Shown here: positions 24,355-36,363 of the stretch, piece after piece | How positions within the stretch are numbered: position 1 is the first letter of the stretch | Layout of the letters: the number at the start of each line of letters is the position of its first letter | Assembly: GCF_963921235.1 (NCBI RefSeq) | Contig: NC_086107.1 | Location: 97,838,001-97,902,000, forward strand | Length of the DNA: 64,000 nt | Reading direction: 5' to 3' | Source of the DNA: Mobula hypostoma | Taxonomy: Eukaryota | Position numbers and translations under genes: made by a program | The notes under the pieces: model-generated | What the model was told of the DNA's origin: nothing | The model's input: only the letters and a program-made list of their open reading frames with translations | The model's database searches: none

Positions 24355-26308
24355 TCCAGAACCATAAAACACTCCTCGTATGTTAACCCTTTCATTCCTG
24401 GGGTCATTCTTGTGAACCTCCTTTGGACCCTTTCCAATGGCAGCACATCTTTTCTTAGATAAAGTGCTCAAAACTGCTCACAATACTCTAGTCTGACCAT
24501 AGCCTTATAAAGCCTCAGCATCACAACCCTTGCTCTTATATTTTAGTCCTCTCGAAATGATTGCTGACGTTGCACTTGCCTTCCTTACTACCGACTCAGC
24601 TTGCAAGTTAACCCTTAGGGAATCCTGTACAAGGACTCCCAAGTCCCTTCACACCTCTGATTTTTGAATTTTCTCTCCATTTAGAAAATAGTCTGTGCTT
24701 TTACTCCTTCCACCAAAGTGCATGACTATACACTTCCTAACACTATATTCCATCTGCCACTTCTTTGCCCATCCTCCCAATCTGTCCAAGTTCTTCTGCA
24801 GACTCCCTCCTTCCTCAACACTGCCTGCCCCTCCATCGGTTTTTGTATCGTCTGCAGGTTTGGCCACGAAGCCATCAATTCTATCATCCCAATCATTGAC
24901 ATCTCATGTGAAACGAAGCAGTCCCAATACCAGCCCCTGCAGGACACCACTCGTCACCAGCAACCAACCAGAATGGGCCTCCTTTATTGCGACTCTTTGC
25001 ACTCTGCCAATCAGCCAATCTTCTATCCATGCTAGTATCTTTCCTGTAATACCATGGGCTCTTGTTAAGCAACATCATGTGCGGCATCTTGTCAAAGGCC
25101 TGAAAATCCGAGTAAACAACATCCACCGACTCTCCTTTATCTGTTCTGTCTGGTATTTCCTCAAAGAGTTCCAACAGATTTGTCAGGCAAGGTTTCCCCT
25201 GAAGGAAACCGTGTTCCCTTTGGCCTACTTTATCATGTGCCTCCAAGTACCCTGAAACTTCATCCTTAAAAATGGACTCCAGCATCTTCCCAGCCACTGA
25301 TATCGGCCTAACTGGCATATAATTTCTTTTCTTCTGCCTCCCTCCCTTCTTAAAGAGTAGAGTGACATTTGCAATTTTTCAGTCCTCCGAAACTTGCAAG
25401 ATCATTACTAAAGCCTCCACAAGCTACCTCTTTCAGAACCCTGGTGTGTAGTCCATCTGATCCAGACCTATTAGCTTCCCAAGCACCTTCTCCTTAGTAA
25501 TAGCTTCTCACTTCTGCCCCGTGACGCTCTGGAATTTTTGGCATACTGCTAGTGACTTCCACTGTTGAGAACGATGCAAAATACTTATTAAGTTCGTCTG
25601 CCATTTCTTTGTCCTCCATTACTACCTCTGCAGCATCATCTTCCAGTAGTCCAATATCCACACTCACCTCTCTTTTATTCTTTATATCTGAAAAACTTTT
25701 GGTATCCTCCTTTACATTATTGGCTAGCTTACCTTTGTATTTCATCTTTTTTCTTCTTATGGCTTTTTTAGTTGCCTTTTGTTGGTATTTAAAAGCTTTC
25801 CAGACCTCCAACTTCCCACTAATTTTTGCTATATTATAACCCTCTCTTTTGCTTTGATGCTGTCTTTGACTTTCCTTGTCAGCCATGGTTGCATCATCCT
25901 TGCTGAAGAATAGTTCTTCATCTTGGGGATATATCTATCCTGTGCCTTCCAAATTCCCTCCAGAATAATCAAGTAGTGAAGAAAGGTGGTTGTCTAGCAT
26001 TTGGGGAGAGGGAGCTGTTTGACAGGCATGAAAGGATGATCAATAGTACAGACCTCTGTGCTCCTGCCCTAGCCACTACCCACCCAGCCGTGCTCTCTCT
26101 TTCTGCCCAGCCCAGACCGTATGCTCTGGCTCTTCCCACTGATTATCACTGACGGTAGCTTTTCTGATTTAGGTTAAGGCTACACTGTGGTAACTGCTCT
26201 TCAGTGAAGCAGTATAGACTTCATCTTCAACCAGTGTATCTGGTTCCAGGTATATTTCTGATCAGTAGTTTAGCTGTGAGGTTTAATTCCTTGTTTTAAT
26301 GCCTTCAG

Positions 26309-26504
26309 GTTGCAGCTTGTTTGCTGCTGTTCCTCGAGGAGGAGGATGCCTTCTGGATGATGTGTGCCATTATTGAAGACCTGGTTCCTCCTTCATATTT
26401 CAGCACCACACTTTTGGGGGTGCAGACTGACCAGCGTGTTCTCCGTCATCTGATAGTACAATACCTTCCCCAACTGGACAAACTTCTCCAGGAACACGAC
26501 ATCG
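26309..26504 (+). CDS. SGSM3: SGSM3 coding exon E (196 nt, phase 0-1): [18 protein letters not shown]...[10 protein letters not shown]
   Basis: Acceptor gccttcag, donor G|gtaagt; EEEDAFW TBC motif. Confidence 0.97.
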
Positions 26505-26574
26505 GTAAGTCGCAGTCTTTGCTGGGCAGAGTTCATGGAGGTGGCAATGTTTACCTCAAGATTCCCCCACTGAA

Positions 26575-27450
26575 TTACTTAATTACTTACTGCCCGTTTA
26601 GGGCAGCAGTGAAGGTCCTCCATATCCTTGACCAATCAATTTTGGTCTTTGCCTTGGTGGTGTTCAGGGCTTCCTTCATTGTGCTAGTAGCTTCCTCTTG
26701 GTTTTCACTACTGTCAGCCATGCTAGACCTGGGTGGAGACTTGGGAATACCGTCACACTCAGATGTAGAAGGATTCTTCATTGCTGTTTCCATAACAATT
26801 TTGTTTGACCAGTCAGGGTTCTTAGCCCTGAGCTGAACTTCCAAACCTGGAGGACTGGTGGACCACTCTTACAGTAGTCTGACCTCTACCCTTTGACCTG
26901 CTTGGCATGTGTGACCCTATCAAGAGCCTAAGCATAAAGCCCTGACTCTAGACAACATAGCTCTCCGGGTCACTGAGGCACACAAGCCTCCAAACCCAAT
27001 GTCAAGGTTGTGGTCCTCCTGTAGGCAATTCTTCCCTACCTATCAACACCGAATTTTAATGTCACCCACACAACCACTTGCTATTACCCAAGAACGTAGG
27101 TCGTCATGCCCAGAATAGTTGACTTTTACTTCATCTTTAATGAGATGATCCTCCAGGAGGACCACAAACCTTATTGTAGGGTTTGGAGGCTAGTGTGCAT
27201 TAATGACACAGAGAGCTATGTTGGCTAGAGTCAAAGCCTTGAGCTTTGGCTCTTGGTAGGGTCAAAGGGTAGAAACCGGACTAAGAGTGGTCCACCGGTC
27301 ATCCAGATTCGAGGGTTCAGCTCTGGGCTAACAACCCAGACTGGTCAAAAACGTTGTTACGGAAACAGCAATGAAGACTCCATCTTTATCTGTGTGCAGT
27401 GGTATGAACAGACAGAGATGGAGCACCTTCAGTGCTGTCCTAAACGCCAG
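26575..27450. mobile_element. Two short RTE-derived non-autonomous elements in inverted orientation (about 26575-27025 on -, 27150-27450 on +); third copy at about 41718-42040(+)
   Basis: Shared sequence resembling RTE 5' UTRs (cctcaatgacccggagagctatgttggc...ggtagggtcaccca..caaacaggtcaaag) joined to a short 3' end. Confidence 0.7.
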
Positions 27451-28649
27451 CAGCGTAACAGACAGTATCCTGAGAGTTAGGTCAATGAATATATCACCAG
27501 CCTTCCTCTGCAGCGGAAACCTTCTGCAGAAGTATTGAAAGGTAGGATCACATAACAGCAGCTGCAGTTGGGTCTGAAAAATTGCAGATGAGAAGACCCA
27601 CTCCATTAATTTAATTGCAGTGGACTTGTTCCAGCTTTAGCAACGCACGTCTTGTCTGCTTCCATTCCTTTGGCACTCTTCTCCATTGCTGGATGACTGT
27701 TCTGCCTGGAAGTCAGTGTTCATTTTCATTGGTCTTTGCCATCCCAACAGTGAGAAAGTGCACGTTGTGTAGTATCGCCGTCATTGGTTTAAACGTTTAT
27801 ATTTCCTCTTACCGCTACATTGAAGCATTCACTTCAGCTACTTTTTCTTTAGAGCTTGTTTCATGTATTTCTTGCTATTTTCCTCTCATATTCTATCTTC
27901 TGTCTGAAACGATTTCTGATTACAATTACAATTTCTGGAATTAATATTATAAGTCTTTTCCTTTAGAGTCGTAGGGCACTACAGCACAGAAAGAGGCCCT
28001 CATTCTCCCCTTACTCACCCTTGGCCCATCGACCTAAACCATACCCCTCTCATCCATGTACTTAACCAAATCTCTCTTCAGTGATGAAACCGAACGCTCA
28101 TCAATCACTTCCACTGAGAGGTCACTCTATACTCTAGACATTCCCCTTCATGTTCTTCTTAAACATTTCACCTTTCACCCTTAATCCATGACTAGTCTCA
28201 CCAAACCCCAGTGGAAAAAACCTGCTTATGTTTACCCTGTCCATAGCACTCATAATTTTACATGCCTCCATCAAATCTCCTACACTCCAGGGAATAAAAT
28301 TCTAACCTATCCCTTTCCCTATAACTCAGGTCCTCAAGTCCTGGCAACATCCTTGTAAATTTTCTCTGTACGCTTTCAATCTTACTGACATCTTACCTGT
28401 AGGTAGGTGACCAGAACTACACACAGTACTGTATACCAAATCAGGCCTCACCAATGTCTTTTACTACTTCAACATAACATCCCATCTCCTATACACAATG
28501 CTTTGCTGTATGAAGGTCAATGTGCCAACAGCTCTTTTTACAACCCTGTCTACCTGTGACTCCACTTTCAAGGAATTATGGATCTGTAATCCCAGATCCC
28601 TTTGTTCTACTGCAGTCCTCAGTGCCCTAGCATTCACTGTATAAGTTCT

Positions 28650-30659
28650 TGCTGAGGCCAGCGCCAACTCTCAGACACCTCCTCTTACTTACCCCTGGAA
28701 CAGGACCCTACAAATTAACACCAGGCCATTGTCTCCCACACCTTATTACCTCTGAGGATCTCCCATCCACTGCCACCAACCTCATAGTTCCCACACCCTG
28801 CACCTCCCATTTCTACCACCTACCCAAGATCCACAAATCTGCTTGTCCACATAGACCCATTCTTTCAGCTTGTTCCTGCCCCACTGAACTCATATCTGCA
28901 TACCTTGACTTTGTTTTATTCCCCCCGAGTTCAGTCCCTTCCTTGCTACATCCGTGACATTTCACACACTCTGGATCTTTTCAAAGATTTCAAGTTCCCT
29001 GGTCCCAATCATGTTATATTCACTATGGATGTCCATTCTTTATACACCTCCATCCTCCACCAGAAAGACCTCAAAGCTCTCCGTTTCTTTCTGGACACCA
29101 GACCCACCAACTCCCCTCCACCACCATTCTCCACCATCTGGTGGAACTTGCTCTTAATAATTTCTCCTTTGGCTTCCCCCACTTCCTTCAAACAAAAGGT
29201 GTAGCCATGGGCACTCACATGGGTCGTAGCTATGCCTGCCTTTTTGTCGGCTACGTGGAACAGCCTATGTTCCAAGCCTACACTGGTGACCATCCCACAC
29301 TTTTCCTATGCTACATCGACGACTGCATTGGTGCTGCTTCCTATGCCTTTGCGGAGCTCCTCGACTTCATCAACTTTGCCTCCAGCTTCCATCCTGCCCT
29401 CAAGTTTACTTGGTCCATTTCTGACACCTCCCTCCTCTTTCTCAGCCTCTCTGTCTCTATCTCTGGAAACAGTTTATCTACTGATGTCTAATAAAAACCC
29501 ATGGACTCTCACAGCTACCTGGGCTATATCCCTTCCACCATTACTTGTAAAAATGCCTTCTGTCAATTCCTCTGTCACCGGCGCATCTGCTCTCAGGATG
29601 AGGCCTTTCATTCCAGGACAAAGGAGATGTCCTCCTTCTTCAAAGAAAGGGACTTTCCTTCCTCCACCAGCAACGCTGCCCTCAACCACATCTCTTCCAT
29701 TTCATGCACGTCTGTTCTCACCTCATCTTCCCACCATCCTACCAAGTATAGGGTTCCTTCTGCCCTCACCTACCACCCCACCAGCCTCCATCTCCAGCAC
29801 ATAATTCTCCATAAGTTCCACCATCCCCAATGGGATCCCACCACCAAGCACACCTTGATCTCCCTCCTAGCACCCATCCTTGCAAGTGGAGCAAGTGCTA
29901 CACCTCCTCCCTCACTACCATTCAGGGCCCCAAACAGTCTTCCAGGTGAGGCAACACCCTGTGAATCTGTTGGGGTCATTATCTGAGAGCACATGTCCAG
30001 TGCTCTCAGTACAGCATTCGGTTTATCCGTGAGACTGATGTAGATTGGGAGACTGCTTCATCGAGCACCCAGTGTCCACCCATTTTAATTCCACTTCCCA
30101 TTCCCATTTCAATATGTTAATCCATGGCCTCTTCTACTGTGGTAATGAGTCCACACTCAGGATGGAGCAACCACACCTTGTATTTCGTCTGGGTTGCCTC
30201 CAACCTGATGGCATGAACATCGATTTCTCAAACTTCTGGTAATCCCCCCCCCCCACATCCCTTCACCATTCCACATTCCCATTTCCCTGTCTCACCCTAT
30301 CTCCTTACTTGCTCATCACCTCCCTCTGGTACTCTTTCCCCCACCCCACCCCCCTTTTTCTTTCTTCCATGGCCTTCCGTCCTCTCCTGTGAGATTCCCC
30401 CTTCTCTTTCACTAATCAATTTCCCAGCTCTTTACTTCACCCCTCCCCCTCCCAGTTTCACCTATTAACTTATATTTCTCCCTCCCCTCCCTCCACCTTT
30501 TAAATGTATTCATCATCTTTTTTTCTCCAGTACTGCTGAAGGGTCTCGGCCTGATACGTCAACTGTACTCTTTTTCATGGATGCTGCCTGGCCTGCTGAG
30601 TTCCTCCAGCATTTTGTGTGTGTTGCCTGGATTTCCAGCATCTGCAGATATTCTCTTGT
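28650..30659 (+). mobile_element. Penelope-like retroelement, about 2 kb 5'-truncated RT plus GIY-YIG relic, with a 13-bp TSD
   Basis: Frameshifted FYHLPKIHK..CPHRPILS, FTMDVHSLYTSI, QTKGVAMG, CYIDDC and LQPDGMNIDF; ctgtataagttct at 28637-28649 and 30660-30672. Confidence 0.92.
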
Positions 30660-31196
30660 CTGTATAAGTTCTGCCTTGGACTGTCCTCCGAAAATGCAAC
30701 ACCTCATACTTGTCTGCAATAAATTCCATCTACCATTCTTCAGTCCATTTGTCCATCTGGTCCAGATCTTTCTTCAAGCTTTGGTAGTCTTCCTGTCTGG
30801 CTAGTACACCCCCAAATCTTGGTGTCATCTGCAAATTTGCTGATCCAATTTACCACATTATCATCCAGATCATTGATATAGATGGCAAATAGCAAAGGGC
30901 CCAGCACCAATCCCTGCGGCTCTCCACTAGTCACAGACCTCCGGTCATCTACTACCACTCTCGAGCTTCTCCCACAAAGTCAGTGTCGAATCCAATTTAC
31001 CACCTCATCCTGAATGCTAGGTAACTGAATCTTCTTGACCAACCTCCCATACAAGACCTTGTCAAAGGCCTTGCTAAAGTCCATGTAGACATCATCCACT
31101 GCCTTTCCTTCATCAACTTTCCTGGTCTCCCTGAAAAACTCTATAAGACTGGTTAGACACAACGTATCAGCACAAAGCCATGTTGATTATTGCTAA

Positions 31197-31571
31197 CAAC
31201 AAGAATTCTGCAGATGCTGGAAACTCAAGCAACACTCATTAAAGTTGCTGGTGAACGCAGCAGGCCAGGCAGCATCTCTGGGAAGAGGAACGCAGCAGGC
31301 CAGGCAGCATCTCTAGGAAGAAGTCTTTCTCCCTGGGCCTCCTGCCCCATGATCCTCTCATATCCCCTTTGCCAATCACCTGTCCAGCTCTTGGCTCCAT
31401 CCCTCCCACTTTCAAATCTCTTACTAGCTCTTCCTTCAATTAGTCCTGACAAAGGGTCTCGGCCTGAAACGTCGACTGTACCTCTTCCTAGAGATGCTGC
31501 CTGGCCTGCTGCGTTCCTCTTCCTAGAGATGCTGCCTGGCCTGCTGCGTTCACCAGCAACTTTGATGTGTA
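31197..31571. mobile_element. Penelope-like inverted terminal-repeat insertion with a 14-bp TSD
   Basis: The left arm is the reverse complement of the element 3' end; ttgattattgctaa at 31183-31196 and 31572-31585. Confidence 0.88.
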
Positions 31572-32559
31572 TTGATTATTGCTAATCAACCTTTGTCTAT
31601 CAAAATCCTTACACCTCCAGTCCCTTAGAATACCTTACAATAACTTAGCCACTGCTGACGTCAGACTCACAGGCCCATAATTTCCTGGCTTGTTCTTAGA
31701 ACCTTTCTTAAATAATGGAAAAACATGATCTATCCTAAATTAGATCTAATTAAATCTAACACTTTACAGAATAGCCACATTGGGGCTTCTTTAGCCGTGG
31801 GCTGCTTTACATAATTAAATGTACGTCACTTGAAATATCTCTTCACATTGTTATTCTAACTTTTTAAATATAATTTCCCAATCTACCTTGACCAACTTGC
31901 TCCTCATGGTATGTGCTATTTGTCTTGCTTTGGCTCAAGAAACTAGTCTTGAATGTTTAGGATTTTGGAGTCACCCCCAAGGAGGCAGTGCACAGACCAC
32001 TGCTTTTCTCTTGACAGATATTCCAGGATACACAGCCCACAATTTCCACATTGCAGATGATATAGAACTTGGAAACATAATGAACGGTCAGGAGGAAAGC
32101 GAATACAAATAAACTACTGGGGAGGAGTACATTTCGGTGAAATGATCTGATAGACTGCAGGAGAAATTTAATACTATAGTTTATATTTTGATAGGAAAAA
32201 TGGGAAGTAGCAATATAAACAGGAAAGCATGATTCGGAAACAGTCATCATAATAACACAAAGTTTTGCATTGGTCTAAGAGTGACACATTCAAAACTGGA
32301 ACCTTAAATTCCTAAGTCCTAGTCAATAATTTTCTCTCGATTAGTATCAAGGAAAATAAAATACCTGATCATTATCATGTATCTTTTGTCTCTGTTCAAA
32401 AATTATGTCACATTTCTTGGATTGCAATATCTACTATATCAGAGGTTCGGAAAGCTCTAACCTTCTTAATGCCTGGACCAATACCATTAAGCAGGGGATC
32501 CGTGGACCCCAGGTTAGAAACCCCTGTCTAAATAAACATCTTCTCTCTTAGGAAGTTTC

Positions 32560-33080
32560 CTGAGTTTGAGGGTGATTTGTTCCCAGTCTAGTTTTGTGGG
32601 TTTTGAGGCCAAAGTGGAACAGCAAGTACTTCCCGAGGTGGGCTAGTGAGTGGTTTTTGGGTCGTGCTCCCTACACCATCTACACAGGGCTTCTCTGAGC
32701 ATCTGATACAAGGACTTAAAGGTCACAATGTCCCTTCTTTAGATATCATAGGCCAGGGTTTCTCAGAAGTTGATGGGGATGCAACATTTCTTCAGGAAGA
32801 CTTCATACACATCCTTTAATCTTTTCCTCTGTCTGTTCAATGCTCTCTTTCCAGGACAGAGTTCAGAATAGGCCATCTGTTTTGGAAACATGGTGTCAGG
32901 TATGCGAATGACATGGCCTGCCCAATATAATCCACTGTATATACCTAAGGGCTCAATCCTGGGGGGATGCTGGCCTGGACAAAGGCACTGATATTGGCTC
33001 ATCTCTCCACCCAGTGAATTTGGAGCATTTTGCAGGGACAGACGTGTTACTTTACCAATGCTTTCCCACGCCTGCTGTAA
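32560..33080 (-). mobile_element. Degenerate RTE-clade LINE 3' fragment
   Basis: ORF 32763-33158(-) contains WAGHVIRIPD..FPKQMAYSEL..GKR....QRKRLKD. Confidence 0.75.
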
Positions 33081-33956
33081 AAGTATATCGGAGGGCAGGG
33101 ACCACTGCTGCCCAATAGAGCTTGAATTTAGTGTCAAACCTCCGGTCTTCATTTTCAAATATACTTTTCCTCAGTCAACCAAAGATTGTGCTGGTGTTGT
33201 CTGCCGTGTATAGAGGGTCTCCTGAGATATTGGAAATAGTATGTGCTTTATTTCATTTATTTAGTTATTAATTGGTTGATTGATATGCAGCGCAGAGTTG
33301 GCCCTTTCAGCCCCAGTTTAATGCTAGCCTAATCACAGGATAGTTTACAGTGACCACACTAATGGATATGTGGAGCTGCCAAGGGGAGAGAAAGATGAGT
33401 ACAATGTGCAACACTTACAAGACGTGTGTAGACAGATTTATCATGGTTACGGGCCAAATGCAGGTAAATGGGACTACCTCAGGAAGGCACCTTGGTTGGC
33501 ATGGATAAGTTGGACCTGGTCCTGCTTCAGTGCCGTATAATTCTCCTCAAACTGATCTAATTAAGTCACAGAAAGTCCAGAGTAATGAAGTCCCTCTGAG
33601 ATTTATCTTAATCATTTTTGCATGGTGATGCTTTGACTTTGCTCTGGTTTCCTGGACTAGATATAAGTAGAATGCTGTCTTGTTGGGGTTTTATATTTCA
33701 AATAGGGAAGGCACCTTACAGTTGGTGTAAAACCCATTTCCCTTTACCCCTTGGCTTGTAGGATTATTTGAGTGCAATAGCAAACGATCTGCTGGAGGAA
33801 CACAGCAGGCCGAGCGGCATCTATCATTCAGGATTGAAACCCTGCATCAAGACGTATGAGGTCCTCCAGCAGATGGTTGCTCCAGCTCCCAGCTGACTCT
33901 TGTGTCTTTACTTTAGTTGCACCTTCTAATGGTAACCTATTTTGTGTTGTATCCAG

Positions 33957-34102
33957 AGCTGTCCTTGATCACCCTGCACTGGTTCTTGACAGCATTTGCC
34001 AGTGTAGTACACATCAACATCCTCCTCCGGGTCTGGGACCTTTTCTTCTGCGAGGGCTCTGTTCTGCTCTTCCAGATCACTTTGGGAATGCTGAAAATGA
34101 AG
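33957..34102 (+). CDS. SGSM3: SGSM3 coding exon F (146 nt, phase 1-0): [18 protein letters not shown]...[10 protein letters not shown]...GMLKMK
   Basis: Acceptor gtatccag, donor AAG|gtatgc; WFLTAF and RxWD TBC motifs. Confidence 0.97.
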
Positions 34103-35293
34103 GTATGCATACAGCTGTATTGAGTGAATCGACTGTAGTATGTATTTTGGAAGAGGTGTACATACATCCTCCCCCCACCCCCATCCCTGTTGTTTATGGC
34201 AGCGCGACTGTTGTGAGCTTCACAATAACGGTTCGTGTTAAGTGCTGAGGATTGCAAAGGGTCCAGGGCTCTCAGTAGTTTCCTGCCTTTGTGTGTAGTG
34301 AATTCAGTTGGCACAAGACTGGCTTTTGCACTTGTGGGAGTCTTTGTCAGAGCTTTGGCCATCTCCTTTGTTCGCCCTTACCCCCTCGGAGACTGGGATA
34401 CATCTCATAAGGCACTGGGCATTTTTTCACTCTTTTTAAGGAGGAAATTATACTCCCTCTGAGCCTCTCACATTGAGTCAGTTGATACTGGGAAAGTTGA
34501 AATTCTCTGTAATTATAACTCCATTCCTTGTGACGGTGGTACATTCTGTAGAACATGAAATAACGCAGGAACAAGCCCTTCAGCTCAAAATCCCTGTGCT
34601 GTCAATGCCAATTTTAACTCATCCTATCTGCTTATGCATGGCCCATATCCTTCGATTCCCTGACCGAAAAAAGGCCATTCTATCTAATATATTTAATATA
34701 TGAGGCGCTGGCACTCTGGAGAAAATACTCCATGTATCTCCAAGCTTTCCTGATAGGTAATACAATCTGATCCACAGCTACCTAGTGAACCTTTCCAAAG
34801 CCTTCCCATCCTTCCTGTACTGTGCGCAACATTCCAAATGTGACCTAACTAAAACTTTATAGAACTACAACGTGATTTGCCAACTTTAATTCTCAACACC
34901 CGACTGATGTATGCTGTATGCCTTCTTTACCACACAATGTACTTGTGTTGCCATTTTCGGGGAGCTATTTTGGGTTTGCACCCCAAGATCCCTGTGTACA
35001 ACAAAGCTCCTAAGTATCCTGCCATTTACTGTAAACTTTCATCATATACTTAGCCTCCCAAAGTATAGCACCTCACAACAGTTTACATTTGCAACTTTAC
35101 TAACCAGTCTATATCCAGCTGAATCATTTGACAATCTTCCTCACTCTCCACATCTCTGATTATTTGTATCATCTGCTGATTTAATAATCAGCTCACCTAT
35201 CCAGATATATATCCCTGCAGAACACCACTGGTCACAGAGAGCATGGGCTCAGGACCCAGGTATGTTCAAGGGTGTGCAGGAACTTCTGCCCCA

Positions 35294-35400
35294 GTGTGTT
35301 AGAAGGAGTGTGGGAACCGGGGCCCCGGTGTGTTAGAGGGAGTGTGGGAATCAGGGTCCTAGTGGTTGGAGAGGGAGAGTGGAAACCAGGGCTGAGGTGA
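35294..35400 (+). repeat. Degenerate minisatellite with a unit of about 34 bp (roughly 3 units)
   Basis: Repeated gtgtgttaga.ggagtgtgggaa.c.ggg.cc unit. Confidence 0.55.
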
Positions 35401-36282
35401 GCAGGAAAATGGGCCCTGCCGAGTGAAAGGGCCGCGGGAATTTGGGCCCAGTGGGTGGTATGGATACATGACAAACATTACCTGGTGTTCCAGACACCAG
35501 ACGACTGGGGTTTCCAAAAAGTCAGATAGTAGATTATAAGGTTTTTATTGGATTGTCCAAAACCTGACCACCTCAGATTATTGCTTCATCAATAGTCCCA
35601 TTCCATCAGGCCAGACACGGAGGTGGAGGCTGGAATTCCAAACGTTTTCCATGTCCCTGCCTACTTGCAACAAGGTCCAGACAACATTCTGGAAAAGGCA
35701 GGTCAGATTTCCACCAGGCAATCGACCAACAAGAGAAAGTCGATGCATCTTTACCATTCAATAGCATTATCATCTTCAAGTTTATCATTACTGCATCAGC
35801 ATCCTGGGATTAGCGCTGACTAGGAGCTCAACTCAAACCAACCTCATTAATATTATGTCCACAAAGACTTGGGTATGCTGTGGTGCCTGGTTACCCACCA
35901 CCATCCCCATCCAAGCTCTGTAGACCCAATCCCTATCAACCATCAACAAGGTACCTCAGAACCTTTAGGAATACTGTACACTTTTCTGGATGAGAGCAGC
36001 ACCAACAACATTTAGCCACCACACCTCCTGAAGGATGTGAAAATCTTTTGGCTGGGCCACGGCTGCAGTAGAATGGAGAACCCTGCCTGGGTGGGAGGTA
36101 GAAGCAAGTACTCTCGCATGTTAGAAGATCGTAGGTAAACACTTGAATTACCAAGGTATAGCTGACATGAGACCAGCCACTCATAAATGGGTTTAATATA
36201 GATGGGTGCTTAGTCAGAATAGATGTAATGGGCAGAAGAGCCTGTTTTTGTGATGCATGACTGTAACCTGTAAAACCTTTAA

Positions 36283-36363
36283 TTGGGGTTCCCAACCTGG
36301 AGTCCATGGTCCCCTTGCTAAATGGTATTGGTCCATGGCATAAACAAAGGTTGGGAACCCCTG
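36283..36363. mobile_element. Small hAT (Charlie-like) MITE; partial copies at about 32440-32526 and 52501-52555
   Basis: TIRs ggggttcccaacct / aggttgggaacccctg around a short shared body. Confidence 0.7.

Larger units (their letters stand above)
22075..25965 (-). mobile_element. CR1 LINE ORF2 relic (RT to 3' end) interrupted by a hAT element
   Basis: ORFs 24649-24867, 24893-25318 and 25494-25886(-) contain RPIS...GKMLES, HGFLQGKPCLTNLLE, DVVYSDFQAFDK and ADDTK motifs. Confidence 0.92.
27965..31740 (-). mobile_element. CR1 LINE ORF2 relic interrupted by two Penelope-like insertions
   Basis: ORFs 28464-28667, 30740-30958 (SGEPQGLVLGPLLFAIYINDL...KFADDTK) and 30980-31162 (YMDFSKAFDKV). Confidence 0.92.

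Noticed and set aside
26505..26836. Long ORF continuing past exon E (similarly ORFs 875-1147, 47764-48090, 48285-48776 and 63360-63665)
   Set aside because: Chance read-through beyond good splice sites into intron or TE sequence; SGSM3 similarity stops at the junctions.
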